A stretch of 64,000 bases of DNA from an uncultured Acidobacteriota bacterium (GCA_963711795.1 CAVQFD010000004.1:395873-459872); one strand, 5' to 3'. Shown: positions 19,458 through 30,577, counted from the first letter of the stretch. Translations and numbers: made by a program. Notes: generated by a model not told the origin, from the sequence alone.

Positions 19458-22046
19458 TTATCTCCCGGACGCGCGGAAGAGATCGTCGGCGGACTGGAGA
19501 ACGATGCGGCGGAGCCGCACGGGGTAGTCAGGGTGGGCGCCGAGGAACTGACGCACGGTGTCGGCGGCCACTCTGGAGCGGTGGCCGTGCAGCGTGGCAT
19601 CGAGCCAGTTCTTCGGAAAGAAGATGTCGCCGGTCTGCCGGATCTCGACGAGCAGATCGAGCGCAGGGCGCAGGTGCTTCTCGGCGCTTGCGGCGCGAAG
19701 CGGATGGTTCAGGTAATTCAATCCCTCGACCACCCACGGCTCGCGCGTGCGGTTCTTTGCATCCCTCAGGCTCGCGAAGAATGCGTCACGCTCGCCTTCG
19801 TCGGCAGACAGCGCCGGTATCACGAACTCGAACCGCGCCTTGCGGTCCGGATTGGCGAAGCGGTTGCGTTGCTCGGCGAGAATCGCTCCTGCCTCGGGGA
19901 TGCCGCGCACCGCGAGATCGAGGGCCATCCCGGCCTCGTCCGGCTCGGCGAGCGTGAGGCCGGCGATTCGATCCTGCCGGCGCCAGATCCGGGCGAGGAG
20001 GGCCAGCCCCTCGGAGGTCGTGACCGTCGATCGGAAGGCTGAGAAGTAGGTCGCCTTGAGGCTCGTAGACGCACTGCTCCTGCGGAAGCCCGCGGTGAGC
20101 GCGCCTTCGACGCGCGAGGCCTGCGCCGCACGCTCGCTCGGCGGGAGGAAGCGCCAGAAGAGCGCTTCGAGGTAACCCGTGATGAGCTGCACGTTCTGCT
20201 CGGTGTTCTCGAGCGGCAGGCCGCGAACGGCGAGGTCCAGCAATGCGGCCGGCGCCACGCGGCCCTCGAGCATCTCGTCCCAGAGCGTGACCCATGCCGC
20301 GCCGCGGGCTACCGGGTCGGTCAACTCGGGCAGACGCAACACCAGGTACGACCGGGTGGCATCGTCGAGCCTGAAGCCGCCGTAAGCCAGGCCGGCGCCC
20401 GAGGGCAGGACGAAGCGCGGAATCGGCAGGCCGGCGGCTGCCGGGACGTCGGTCCGCTCCTGCTCCAGTTCAACCGGCATCGGGACGCCGCCGCCCGGCG
20501 TGCCGACAAGCGCCGAGATCTGCTGCGTCCAGCGGAGGGCGCGCGGCGCCTGCGGGTCGCTCTGGACGAATGTCAGGCGGCCGACGCGGCCTTCCGGAGT
20601 GGCGGATATTTCGGTCGTGATCTGCGGCCGGCCGGCCTCCTCGACCCAGGTCCGGCTCCACGCCGCCAGATCGCGATCGGTTCGCTCGTCGAGCACCGTG
20701 ATGAGATCGCGCCACGTCGCGTTGCCGAAGGCGAAACGCTCGAGGTACACGCGGAGACCGGCCCGCAGCGCATCCGGCCCCACCAGCAGCTCGAGCTGCC
20801 GCATCACGATCGGCGCCTTCTGGTAGATGATGGCGCCGTACAGGCTGCCCGCCTCGTTGAGATTCTCGAGCTCCTGACGGATGGCATGCGTGCCCGCCGT
20901 GCGATCCACCGAGTACGCGCCGGGGTAGTGCGCAGTCAGGAAGCGCAGCTCGTGGTTCACCCGCGGAAATGCCGGGTTCACGATCTTTGCCGCCATGAAA
21001 TTGGCGAACACTTCCTTCATCCACACGTCGTTGAACCACTGCATCGTCACCAGATCGCCGAACCACATGTGCGAGGTTTCATGAGCGATGAGGCTCGCGC
21101 GGCCGAGCATCTGGTTCTCGGTCGCGCTCTCGTCGAGCAGGATCGAGTTGGCGTTGTAGAAAATCGCTCCCGCGTGCTCCATCCCGCCGAACTGGAATGC
21201 GGGCGCGAGGAGGAAGTCGAACTTGCCGAAACGATACGGGATGCCGGTGTACTCCTCGAGCCACGCCAGCGCCGACGCGTGCAGATCGAACACGGTGTCG
21301 CGGTTGCGCGCCACCTTCTTTTCGTCGGTCTCCCTGTGGAGCATGCGGTACGTGCGGCCGTTTCGTTCTGCGGCTTCGACCTGGAACGAGCCGGCGGCAA
21401 ACGCGAAGAGGTAGGTCGGCAGCGGCTGGGTTTCGGCGTACTGAATCTGGAGCCGCGTGCCCTGAACCTCGCGTGAGAGCTCGGCGCCGTTGGCGACCGT
21501 CTGCCAGCGTGCCGGCACGGTGAGCGCCAGCGTGTAGCGCGCCTTGAGGTCCGGCTGATCGAAGCAGGGGAACGCCAGGTGCGCGCGCGCCGGCACGAAC
21601 AGCGAGTACATGAACTCGGGGTTGCGGTTGAGCGGAGCGTCGCCTGCGCGGAACACGATGGCCACGACGTGTTCGGACCCGGGCGGCGCCGTGAGCGCGG
21701 CCGGTGGAATCACGATGTGGCCGTTGACGGTCCGGACCGCGGTCTCGGCCCCGTTCACAGTGACCGACGTGAGATGCGACTCGCCTGGCGCGAAGTCCAG
21801 CACCACCGGGGCGGCAGTGCCGGTGAGCGTGAAGCGGATCGTCGCGCGCCCGTCGATTGGCTCGCCGGGCGCGCCCGGGATGTCGAACGCCAGGTCGTAC
21901 TTCAGGTTGCCGATGGTCTTCGCCCGCTCGGCGGCGAGCGCCTGAGAGATCCCGGGTTCGGGATCAGGTGCGGGCGGCTGCGCGGGGCTGCAGGCGGAGG
22001 TGGCAATCATGGTGGCCACCCAGAATGCCGCAAGGCCGATGCGCAT
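19458..22046 (-). CDS. M1-family aminopeptidase (PepN-like), probable lipoprotein
   Basis: FPCFDQPDLKA, GGMEH, HETSH...E zinc motif, IYQKA; TSAC lipobox-like. Confidence 0.9.
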   Translation of the reverse strand: MRIGLAAFWVATMIATSACSPAQPPAPDPEPGISQALAAERAKTIGNLKYDLAFDIPGAPGEPIDGRATIRFTLTGTAAPVVLDFAPGESHLTSVTVNGAETAVRTVNGHIVIPPAALTAPPGSEHVVAIVFRAGDAPLNRNPEFMYSLFVPARAHLAFPCFDQPDLKARYTLALTVPARWQTVANGAELSREVQGTRLQIQYAETQPLPTYLFAFAAGSFQVEAAERNGRTYRMLHRETDEKKVARNRDTVFDLHASALAWLEEYTGIPYRFGKFDFLLAPAFQFGGMEHAGAIFYNANSILLDESATENQMLGRASLIAHETSHMWFGDLVTMQWFNDVWMKEVFANFMAAKIVNPAFPRVNHELRFLTAHYPGAYSVDRTAGTHAIRQELENLNEAGSLYGAIIYQKAPIVMRQLELLVGPDALRAGLRVYLERFAFGNATWRDLITVLDERTDRDLAAWSRTWVEEAGRPQITTEISATPEGRVGRLTFVQSDPQAPRALRWTQQISALVGTPGGGVPMPVELEQERTDVPAAAGLPIPRFVLPSGAGLAYGGFRLDDATRSYLVLRLPELTDPVARGAAWVTLWDEMLEGRVAPAALLDLAVRGLPLENTEQNVQLITGYLEALFWRFLPPSERAAQASRVEGALTAGFRRSSASTSLKATYFSAFRSTVTTSEGLALLARIWRRQDRIAGLTLAEPDEAGMALDLAVRGIPEAGAILAEQRNRFANPDRKARFEFVIPALSADEGERDAFFASLRDAKNRTREPWVVEGLNYLNHPLRAASAEKHLRPALDLLVEIRQTGDIFFPKNWLDATLHGHRSRVAADTVRQFLGAHPDYPVRLRRIVLQSADDLFRASGR

Positions 22047-22064
22047 GGGCAGCAACCGCAGCGG

Positions 22065-22988
22065 CTACGCCTTGGGCGGAGCCGTCTGGTTGAGCAGCTC
22101 CCTGATGCCGCCGATCGACGCGAGCACACCGCTCGCCTCGTAGGGCATGAACACGAGCTTGTCGGCATCGGTGGCGATGTTGTTGAGCGACTCGATATAG
22201 CGCTGCGCGATCAGGTACTGCGCCGGGCTCGTGCCGGCCCCGATGGCGCGGGCGACGACCTCGAGCGCCTGGGCTTCGGCCTGCGCGATCCGGAGCCGGG
22301 CCTCCGCCTGTCCCTCAGCCGCCAGGATCGCCGCCTGCTTGGCCCCTTCCGCATTCACAATCGCCGACTGCTTGCCGCCTTCCGCGCGGAGAATCGCCGA
22401 CGATTTCTCGCCTTCGGCCGTCGTGACCACGGCGCGGCGCGAGCGCTCGGCCGTCATCTGCTTCTCCATGGTCAGCCGGATCTCTTCGGGCGGGTTGATG
22501 TTCTTGAGCTCGATGCGCATCACCTTGACGCCCCACTGCTGCGTGGCGCTGTCGAGCGCGGCGCGGAGCTGCGCGTTGATGGTGTCGCGCGAGGACAGGG
22601 TGTGGTCGAGATCGAGCTGGCCGACCACGTTCCTCAGCGCCGAGAGGGTGAGCTGCTCGATGCCCCAGCGCAGGTTCTGGATTTCGTAGGTCGCCCGGAC
22701 CGGGTCGACGATGACGAAGTAGATGACGGCATCGACTTCCATCGTGACGTTGTCGCGCGTGATGACCGGCTGCGGCTCGATCTTGGTGATCTGCTCGCGC
22801 ATGTCGATCGTGTCGCGGACCGAGTCGAGGAACGGGAAGATGGTATTGAGGCCCGCCTCGGCGGTGCGGTGGTATTTCCCAAGCCGCTCGATGAGCTTTA
22901 CCTGCTTCTGCGGAACGATCTTGATCGCCTTCATCAGGACGATCAGGAGGAACAGCGCGATACCGAAGAGCGTGTACATCGGGATCAT
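22065..22988 (-). CDS. SPFH/band 7 protein (QmcA-like)
   Basis: IERLGKY, QPVITRDNV, MEKQMTAER, AILRAEG coiled coil. Confidence 0.92.
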   Translation of the reverse strand: MIPMYTLFGIALFLLIVLMKAIKIVPQKQVKLIERLGKYHRTAEAGLNTIFPFLDSVRDTIDMREQITKIEPQPVITRDNVTMEVDAVIYFVIVDPVRATYEIQNLRWGIEQLTLSALRNVVGQLDLDHTLSSRDTINAQLRAALDSATQQWGVKVMRIELKNINPPEEIRLTMEKQMTAERSRRAVVTTAEGEKSSAILRAEGGKQSAIVNAEGAKQAAILAAEGQAEARLRIAQAEAQALEVVARAIGAGTSPAQYLIAQRYIESLNNIATDADKLVFMPYEASGVLASIGGIRELLNQTAPPKA

Positions 22989-23419
22989 GCGGGCGTGACC
23001 TCCAGGACGATGCCGTCGGCGCGCAGTACGCGAACGCGGGTGCCGGCGGTGACCGGCGTGGCGGACCGCGCCGCCCAGTCTTCGCCGCCGACGTTGACGC
23101 GGCCCGCGCCCACCGTGGCTTCGATGTCGTGCGTGACGATCCCCTCACGGCCGACGAGCGAGGCGGTGCGGGAGGGGACACCGGGGGCGTCCAGCTGCTT
23201 CATCATGCGGGGCCGCAGCAACAGCAGCGAGGCGGCGAGCACCACGATGAAGACCGTCAGCTGCACCGAGAGCCCGAAGCCCAGGAAGGCGACGAGAGCC
23301 GTGGGGATGGCGGCCAGCGTGACGAACATCACGCCGAAGTGGGGGACCGAGACTTCGACGATCGCACTGACGAGCGCGACCGTGATCCACGCGACCGTCC
23401 ACGAGTCGATGCCGAACAT
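22985..23419 (-). CDS. NfeD-like protein
   Basis: TM N-terminus, LVGREG...GEDWAARS OB fold; overlaps SPFH start codon. Confidence 0.88.
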   Translation of the reverse strand: MFGIDSWTVAWITVALVSAIVEVSVPHFGVMFVTLAAIPTALVAFLGFGLSVQLTVFIVVLAASLLLLRPRMMKQLDAPGVPSRTASLVGREGIVTHDIEATVGAGRVNVGGEDWAARSATPVTAGTRVRVLRADGIVLEVTPA

Positions 23420-23457
23420 GGAGGAGATTATAAGGGTTCGTACCCCTTCTTACTGCT

Positions 23458-23904
23458 TTACTGCGGGAAGAGCGCACGGCCGGCGCGCATTCCCGGCCAG
23501 GGGATGCCGGCGAGCATCAGGACCATCGACAACGTGAAGCACATGAGCATCCGCTTCCGCCTCGACTCGGGCGTCCGCGCCTTCCGCGCCAGGATGCGTC
23601 CGAGGTGCGCCATCACAATCGCCAGGAGCATCAGGCTGATGTGCTCGACGGCCCAGAAGCGGGCCACCGGGTCGCGCATGGCGGCGCCGAAGTCGCCGAA
23701 GATCGCAGCCGTCGTCGGGCTGAGGGCGAGGTACAGGGCCAGCCCGAACAGCAGCTGGATGTCCATCACGATCATGAAGAGCAGGCCCCACCGATCGGCC
23801 TTGCCGGACGCACCGCTGGTGAATGCCGTGAAGGTCGCCAGGAGACCCGCGATGAGCGCGGCCCACCGGAGCCACGAGTGAGCGTCGAGCGCGAAATCGA
23901 ACAT
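23458..23904 (-). CDS. Hypothetical 4-TM membrane protein with conserved His (possibly heme b-binding)
   Basis: HSWLRW, DIQLLFG, RFWAVEH, IPWP motifs. Confidence 0.65.
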   Translation of the reverse strand: MFDFALDAHSWLRWAALIAGLLATFTAFTSGASGKADRWGLLFMIVMDIQLLFGLALYLALSPTTAAIFGDFGAAMRDPVARFWAVEHISLMLLAIVMAHLGRILARKARTPESRRKRMLMCFTLSMVLMLAGIPWPGMRAGRALFPQ

Positions 23905-23987
23905 GCGTTGAAGGTATCACAGAGGTCGCGCGATTCCGGGTGCGGCTGCACACTGCTTCAACGCGTCTTGAGGCGTATACTCCCGGC

Positions 23988-25835
23988 ATGAAACGCCCCC
24001 TCTTGCTCCTGTTCGTCGCGCTCCTGGCTGTGTCCCCGGCCGGCGCCGAGGTCCTAAGGGTCGACGTCGTCCGGCGGGCGCCGATCGAGGGCTCGGGCTA
24101 CGAGAAGATCGTCGGCACGGCCCATTTCTCGCTCGATCCGGCACACCCCAGGAACCGCGCCGTCGTCGATCTGGATAAGGCGCCGACCGGTTCGAACGGC
24201 AAGGTCACTTTCTCCACCGACATTTACATCCTGAGGCCGTTGGCGAGCTCGCCCGGCAACGGCGTGGCGCTGGTCGATGTGGTGAACCGTGGCCGGAAGA
24301 TGATCATGACCGGGTTCAATCGGGGCGGGACGCAGGATCCGCAAACGCAAGCGGATCTGGGCGACGGCTTCCTCATGCGCCACGGTTTCACGCTGGTCTG
24401 GGTCGGCTGGCAGTTCGACGTCAGGCGCCAGAACGACCTGATGTCGATCGACGTCCCCTCTGCGCCTGGCGCGGGCCAGAGAGTCCAGGCCGTGTTCGTG
24501 CCAAACGACCGGTCGCCGGACATCACGGTTGCCGATCTGGCGGGGTATTCGGCGGAGGAGAGCACAGCGGCGCTGACGGTCAGGGATGGCCCGTTCGGCC
24601 GGGCCGAGACCCTGCCGCGCGAACGGTGGCGATTAAACGGGAACGTCGTCTCCATTCCCGGCGGGTTCGAGCCGGGACGGACCTACGAGGTGTCGTTCCG
24701 CGCTACCAGTGCGCCGGTTGCCGGGCTCGGCCTGGTTGCCCTGCGCGACGTCACCTCGTGGCTCAAGTACCCATCGGCCACAGGCACGGCAGCGGCGGTG
24801 CGCCATGCGATCGCGTTCGGATCGTCGCAGAGCGGCCGGTTCCTGCGGACGTTCCTGTACGACGGATTCAACGCCGACGAGCGGGATCGGCTCGTCTTCG
24901 ACGGCGTGATGGCTCATATCGCGGGCGCCGGGCGCCTCAGCCTGAACTCGCGTGGCGCAACCCCCAACGCGCTCAGCATGTTCGAGGCGACCACGTTTCC
25001 CTACGCGGATCAGGCGCTGCGGGATCCCATCAGCGGACGCGTCGAGGGGCTGCTCGACAACGACCGGGCCAGGCGGCATCAGCCGAAGGTCATGTACACG
25101 AACAGCGCGGTTGAATACTGGGGCGGGGGCCGGGCGGCCGCGCTCGTCCACACGTCGCCCGACGGCAAGACCGACCTGACGCTGCCGGCCAACGTGCGCG
25201 CGTACTTCCTGACCGGCGCGCAGCATTCGCCAGGGCGCTTCCCCCCGCGTGTTGCACAGGGCCAGCAGCCGGACAACCCGCTCGAATACTGGTGGACCCT
25301 CCGCGCGCTCCTCCTGGCCATGGACCGCTGGGTCCGGGAGGACGAGGCGCCGCCGGCCAGCCAGTACCCGCGCCTGGCAGACGGCACGCTCGTGCCGGCC
25401 GCGACCGTGCCGTTCCCGAAAATTCCTGGCGTTCAGGCTCCGCACGGAATCCCCGCCGGACGGCAGGGCCATGTGCCGGTGCCGTTCCTGGTGAGCCAGG
25501 TCGATGGCGACGGGAACGAACGGGCGGGAGTCAGGGTGCCCGAGCTCGCCGTCCCCATGGCGACCTATACCGGCTGGAACTTCCGCAAGGCGGACACGGG
25601 CGGCTCCGATCAGCTCGTGAACCTGGCCGGATCGTTCATCCCCTTTGCCCGGACCCGGGCGGATCGCGACAAGACCGGCGATCCGCGGCCCTCGATCGCC
25701 GAGCGCTATTCGTCGCGCGACGAGTACATGCGGAAGGTGGAGCAGGCCGCAGACGCCCTCGTTCGCGGGGGGTATCTGCTGGCCGATGATGTCGCCACGG
25801 TCGTGGAGCGCGCGGGCCAGCAGTGGGGGCTATAG
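23988..25835 (+). CDS. Secreted alpha/beta hydrolase domain protein
   Basis: G-S-S-Q-S-G-R nucleophile elbow, NRG, EYW, TYTGWN; signal peptide. Confidence 0.8.
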   Translation: MKRPLLLLFVALLAVSPAGAEVLRVDVVRRAPIEGSGYEKIVGTAHFSLDPAHPRNRAVVDLDKAPTGSNGKVTFSTDIYILRPLASSPGNGVALVDVVNRGRKMIMTGFNRGGTQDPQTQADLGDGFLMRHGFTLVWVGWQFDVRRQNDLMSIDVPSAPGAGQRVQAVFVPNDRSPDITVADLAGYSAEESTAALTVRDGPFGRAETLPRERWRLNGNVVSIPGGFEPGRTYEVSFRATSAPVAGLGLVALRDVTSWLKYPSATGTAAAVRHAIAFGSSQSGRFLRTFLYDGFNADERDRLVFDGVMAHIAGAGRLSLNSRGATPNALSMFEATTFPYADQALRDPISGRVEGLLDNDRARRHQPKVMYTNSAVEYWGGGRAAALVHTSPDGKTDLTLPANVRAYFLTGAQHSPGRFPPRVAQGQQPDNPLEYWWTLRALLLAMDRWVREDEAPPASQYPRLADGTLVPAATVPFPKIPGVQAPHGIPAGRQGHVPVPFLVSQVDGDGNERAGVRVPELAVPMATYTGWNFRKADTGGSDQLVNLAGSFIPFARTRADRDKTGDPRPSIAERYSSRDEYMRKVEQAADALVRGGYLLADDVATVVERAGQQWGL

Positions 25836-25898
25836 TACGGATTTATTGAACCAAGGAAGTGTATAAGCGTAATTTATAGTCACGTAAATACTATTGAT

Positions 25899-25927
25899 TT
25901 GACTCGCCGCGGCGGAGGCGGTGTAAT
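25899..25927 (+). promoter_or_regulatory. Sigma70-type promoter of the pheA-ilv operon
   Basis: TTGACT-N17-TGTAAT preceded by an AT-rich tract. Confidence 0.6.
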
Positions 25928-25937
25928 TCCCTTCACC

Positions 25938-26015
25938 ATGTTCCGGCCTCCGGTCCCCGTCGTCGTTGTTCGAGTTCGCCGCAATGTCCTTGCGGGAGGC
26001 CGATCGACCGGGTGA
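25938..26015 (+). CDS. Val-rich attenuator leader peptide MFRPPVPVVVVRVRRNVLAGGRSTG
   Basis: 25 codons with 7 Val including a run of 4; stop codon lies inside the antiterminator strand. Confidence 0.8.
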   Translation: MFRPPVPVVVVRVRRNVLAGGRSTG

Positions 26016-26083
26016 TGGCAGGACCCTTCAGCACGAGAGCAACCCAAGCCATCACCCGATAAGGGTGGTGGCTTTTTTATTTT
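26010..26083 (+). terminator. Attenuator terminator/antiterminator
   Basis: Terminator AAGCCATCACCC-gataa-GGGTGGTGGCTT plus T-run; GGGTGATGGC (26010-26019) is perfectly complementary to GCCATCACCC (26048-26057). Confidence 0.85.
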
Positions 26084-26087
26084 GACT

Positions 26088-26967
26088 ATGGTGACGATCG
26101 CGTATCAGGGAGAGCCCGGGGCCTTCAGCGAGGCCGCGTCGCGGCAGGTGAACCCCGCCGCCGAACTGCTGCCCTGCCGCGCCTTTGAGGATGTTTTCGA
26201 CGCGGTCGAGAGCGGGCGGGTGATGTACGGCATCCTGCCCATCGAAAACTCGATCGGCGGGAGCATCCACAGGAACTTCGACCTGCTGCTCGAGCACCGG
26301 CTGCCGATCGTCGGCGAGGTCGAGCTGCCCGTCGTGCATCACCTGCTGGCGCTGCCCGGGGTGACGCTGCCGCAGGTTCGCCGCGTGTACTCGCATCCGC
26401 AGGCGCTGGCGCAGTGCGATCGGTTCCTCCGGACGCTGACCGGTGTGGAGATCGTCGCGACCTACGATACGGCGGGGAGCGCGAAGCTCATCGCCGACGA
26501 GCGTCTCGCAGATGCGGCCGCCGTGGCGTCGGCCCGCGCGGCCGAGGTCTTCGGCCTGACGCCGCTGCGGTCGGCTATCCAGGACTACGCGCACAACGTG
26601 ACGCGCTTCCTTGTCGTTGCCCGTCCCGGCGCAGAGCCCCCTAGCGCGGCTGCCGCAGAGAAGACGAGCGTGGTGTTCACGCTGCCGAACGAGCCAGGCG
26701 CGCTGTTCAAGGCGCTGAGCGTGTTCGCGCTCAGGGGTATTTCGCTCACCAAGCTCGAGTCGCGGCCGAACCCCGCTCAGAAGTGGGAGTACCTGTTCTA
26801 CGTGGATCTCGGCTGCCGCCGACCGCACGCAGGCGTGCGAGCGTGCGCTGGCCCACCTCGCCGAGTTCGCGCCGATGCTGCGCGTGCTCGGGTCGTATCC
26901 CGGCTACCGTTCACCCGGCGGAGAGGCGGAACGCCCCTCGGCCACAACCCTCGAGAGACACGCGTGA
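26088..26967 (+). CDS. pheA: Prephenate dehydratase (one extra base near 26811)
   Basis: [30 protein letters not shown]-domain KLESRP; shifted frame gives LRVLGSYP and a stop overlapping the ilvD GTG. Confidence 0.88.
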
Positions 26968-28625
26968 GCCACCGACCGAACCCTCTGACCACCGGCCCGA
27001 GCCGGGCTCCGGCCCGCGCGATGTTGAAGGGCGCCGGATTTTCGGACGCCGATCTGAAGAAGCCCCTCATCGGCGTGGCCAACACGTGGATTGAAATCGG
27101 GCCCTGCAACCTCCACCTGCGCACGCTGGCGGCCGACGTCAAGGCCGGCGTCCGCGCGGCCGGGGGCACGCCGATGGAGTTCAATACGGTCTCCATTTCC
27201 GACGGCATCACGATGGGCACCGAAGGCATGCGCGCCTCGCTCGTGAGCCGTGAAGTCATCGCCGATTCCATCGAGCTCGTCGCCCGTGGCAACGGGTTCG
27301 ACGCGCTGGTCATCCTGGTCGGCTGCGACAAGACAATCCCCGGGGCCGTGATGGCGCTCGCCCGCCTGAACATGCCCGGTCTCGTCCTCTACGGCGGCTC
27401 GATTGCGCCGGGGCTGTTCCTGGGACGGCCGGTCACCGTGCAGGACGTCTTCGAGGCCGTCGGCGCGCACGCGGCCGGCAAGATGACCGATCAGGAGTTC
27501 AAGACCCTGGAGGACGTCGCGTGCCCCGGTGCCGGCGCCTGCGGCGGTCAGTTCACCGCCAACACGATGGCCGTGGTGTGCGAAGCGCTCGGCATCTCGC
27601 CGCTCGGGAGCGGCAGCGTCCCCGCAACCGACGCCGAGAAGGCCGTCGTCGCGCACCAGATGGGCACACTGGCCGTCTCGCTGGCTGCCCGCGAGCTGCG
27701 GCCCCGCGACATCATCACCAAACGCGCGATCGAGAACGCCATCGCCGTGGTGTCGGCAACCGGCGGATCGACCAACGCGGTGCTCCACCTGCTCGCCATC
27801 GCGCACGAGGCCGGTGTCGAGATGGAGCTGGCGGACTTCGATCGGATCAGCTCGAAGACTCCGGTGATTGCCGATCTCAAGCCGTCGGGCCGCTTCGTCG
27901 CCACAGAGCTTCATGCCGCCGGCGGCACGCCGCTCGTGATCAAGCGGCTGGTGGAGGGCCGCGCGATCGACGGCGACGCGCCGACGGTGACCGGGCGCAC
28001 CCTCGGCGAGGAGGCGGCAGGCGCGCGCGAAACCGCTGGCCAGCAGGTCGTGCGCTCGGTGGAGGCGCCGCTGAAGAAGTCCGGTGGCCTGGTCATCCTG
28101 TCGGGGAACATCGCGCCGGAAGGTGGCGTGCTCAAGCTGTCCGGCACAGAGCGCGCGCTGCACCGCGGTCCGGCGCGTGTGTTCGACAGCGAGGAGGCGG
28201 CCTTCGAGGCCGTGCAGCAGCAGTCGATCAAGCCGGGCGACGTCATCGTGATCCGCTACGAGGGTCCGAGCGGGGGGCCGGGCATGCGCGAAATGCTCGG
28301 CGTCACGGCCGCTATCGTCGGGGCGGGCCTGAGCGAAACGGTCGCGCTCATCACCGACGGCCGCTTCTCCGGCGCCACGCGTGGCTTCACGGTGGGGCAC
28401 ATCGCCCCGGAGGCCTCGAAGGGCGGCCCGATCGCCGCGCTGCGCGACGGCGACACGGTCGTGCTCGACGTGAGCAACCGGAAGCTGGATGTCGAGCTGA
28501 GCGCCGCGGAGATTGCCGAGCGCATGAAATCGTGGAAGACCCCTGAGCCGCGCTACAAGACCGGTGTGCTCGCCAAGTACGCGCGGCAGGTCTCGTCTGC
28601 GTCTCAGGGAGCCGTTACTGGATAA
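26964..28625 (+). CDS. ilvD: Dihydroxy-acid dehydratase
   Basis: [42 protein letters not shown]. Confidence 0.95.
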   Translation: MSHRPNPLTTGPSRAPARAMLKGAGFSDADLKKPLIGVANTWIEIGPCNLHLRTLAADVKAGVRAAGGTPMEFNTVSISDGITMGTEGMRASLVSREVIADSIELVARGNGFDALVILVGCDKTIPGAVMALARLNMPGLVLYGGSIAPGLFLGRPVTVQDVFEAVGAHAAGKMTDQEFKTLEDVACPGAGACGGQFTANTMAVVCEALGISPLGSGSVPATDAEKAVVAHQMGTLAVSLAARELRPRDIITKRAIENAIAVVSATGGSTNAVLHLLAIAHEAGVEMELADFDRISSKTPVIADLKPSGRFVATELHAAGGTPLVIKRLVEGRAIDGDAPTVTGRTLGEEAAGARETAGQQVVRSVEAPLKKSGGLVILSGNIAPEGGVLKLSGTERALHRGPARVFDSEEAAFEAVQQQSIKPGDVIVIRYEGPSGGPGMREMLGVTAAIVGAGLSETVALITDGRFSGATRGFTVGHIAPEASKGGPIAALRDGDTVVLDVSNRKLDVELSAAEIAERMKSWKTPEPRYKTGVLAKYARQVSSASQGAVTG

Positions 28626-28654
28626 GGGCACTGCCGATTGCTAATCGCAAATCT

Positions 28655-28728
28655 AGGTTCTCCGTTCCCTGTTCTCTGTTCTGTGTTCAGAGTCCTTCTT
28701 AGTTCGCAGTTCTAAGTTCGAAGTTCGA
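28655..28728. repeat. Heptamer array (xGTTCxx family) between ilvD and ilvB
   Basis: ggttctc cgttccc tgttctc tgttctg tgttcag ... agttcgc agttcta agttcga agttcga. Confidence 0.75.
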
Positions 28729-28740
28729 GAGAGCGTATTT

Positions 28741-30446
28741 ATGGCTGAAAAGAAGACAATGACCGGCGCGCAAATCCTGTGGGACTCTCTCGTGCGCGAG
28801 GGCGTCAGCGTCGTGTTCGGGTATCCGGGCGGGGCCATCCTGCCGGCCTACGATGCGATGCTCGACTATCCGATCCACCACGTCCTGGTGCGGCACGAAC
28901 AGGGTGCAACGCACATGGCCGACGGATATGCCAGGGCAACGGGGAAGGTTGGCGTCGCCGTTGCGACCTCCGGACCTGGCGCCACGAACATGGTCACGGG
29001 CATCGCGACGGCCATGATGGACTCGTCGCCGATTGTCTGCATCACCGGCCAGGTCGGGAGCGCGCTCATCGGCTCCGATGCGTTCCAGGAGACCGACATC
29101 ACCGGCATCACGCTGCCCATCACCAAGCACAACTACCTGGTGACGCGCGCGGCCGACGTGGCGCCGGCCATCCGCGAGGCCTTCGCCGTCGCGGTGAGCG
29201 GCCGCCCGGGTCCTGTGCTGGTAGATATCACGAAGGACGCGCAACTCGGCACGTGTGTTTACGACTGGGAGAGCGCGGCGCCCGACCTCGCCGCGCTGGC
29301 TCGCCCCGGGCAGTCGAGCGGCGACGATGCCGTTACGCTGATCAACCAGGCGAAGCGTCCGCTCATCCTCGCGGGCCATGGCATCACGCTCGGCGGCGCC
29401 GAGTCGGCCCTCCAGGTGTTTGCCGAAAAGGCACAGATCCCGGTCGCGATGACCCTGCTCGGCATCGGCGGCTTTCCGGCCTCGCACCCGCTCAACCTCG
29501 GCATGATGGGCATGCACGGCGAAGCCTGGGTCAACACGGCCATTCAGGAGGCCGATCTGCTCATCGCGCTGGGCATGCGGTTCGACGATCGTGTCACGGG
29601 CAACCTGAAGACCTACGCCGTCAACGCCAAGAAGATCCACGTCGACATCGACCCGGCCGAGTTCAACAAGAACGTCACGGTGGAGGCGGCGATTGCCGGC
29701 GACGTCGGGCTCGTCATGCGCAGCTGGATGCCGGGACTGGAATACACCGATCGATCGGACTGGATTCAACACATCCGCGAGCTCAAGGGCGACTCGGCGG
29801 TCCGCGACATCCAGAGCCTGCCCGACGATGGCCACCTGTATGCGGCGCATGTCATCAACGACATCTGGCGCATCACCGAAGGCAAGGCCTTGGTCGTCAC
29901 CGACGTGGGGCAGCACCAGATGTGGGAGGCCCAGTACTACAAGCACGAGACGCCGCGGTCGCTCATCACCTCGGGGGGCTCGGCACCATGGGGTTCGCGC
30001 TGCCGGCTGCGATTGGCGCCAAGATGGGCCGCCCCGACGCCGAGGTCTGGGTGGTCGTGGGCGACGGCGGCTTCCAGATGACGATGTGCGAGCTTGCGAC
30101 GCTCGTGCAGGAAGAGCTCGACATCAAGGTGGCCGTCATCAACAACGGGTACCTGGGGATGGTGCGGCAGTGGCAGGAGTTCTTCTACCAGAAGCGCTAC
30201 GCCGCGACGCCGATCTCGGGTCCCGACCTGCAGAAGCTGGCCGAGGCCTTCGGCATCTTTGGCGCGACCGTCACGACCCGCAGCGAGGTCGAGCACACGG
30301 TGCAGAAGGCGCGCGCCCAGCGGGGCGCGCTCATCGATTTCCGTGTGGAGCAGGAAGACACCGTGTACCCGATGGTCCCGGCCGGCGCCGATCTCCACAA
30401 GATGATCCGCCGCCCGTCACCGCTGGCGGAGACTGCTAACGATTAG
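28741..30446 (+). CDS. ilvB: Acetolactate synthase large subunit (frameshift in G-run near 29975)
   Basis: [38 protein letters not shown]; second frame has GLGTMGF, GDGGFQM, GMVRQWQ. Confidence 0.93.
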
Positions 30447-30447
30447 C

Positions 30448-30568
30448 CGGGGCAGGCGGGGCGGGTAGGGCAGGTAGGGCGGGTGGGGCAGGTAGGGCGG
30501 GTGGGCAGGTAGGGCGGAGGCGGCAGGGAAGTACCAATTACTCAAGTACCCAGTTACTCAATTACCAG
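30448..30568. repeat. G-rich ~9-mer array followed by an octamer array (reverse of the AATTGGGT family)
   Basis: GGGCAGGTA/GGGCGGGTG alternation; then ccaatta ctcaagta cccagtta ctcaatta. Confidence 0.75.
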
Positions 30569-30577
30569 GTTCCAAAG

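Noticed and set aside
26082..28625. 847-aa PheA-IlvD fusion in the ORF track
   Set aside because: One extra base near 26811 shifts pheA into the ilvD frame. The normal PheA ending (LRVLGSYP...stop 26967) is present in the other frame and overlaps the ilvD GTG.
29970..29980. Programmed frameshift or phase variation in the ilvB G-run
   Set aside because: A homopolymer indel in a core biosynthetic gene, among many similar indels, is best explained as sequencing error
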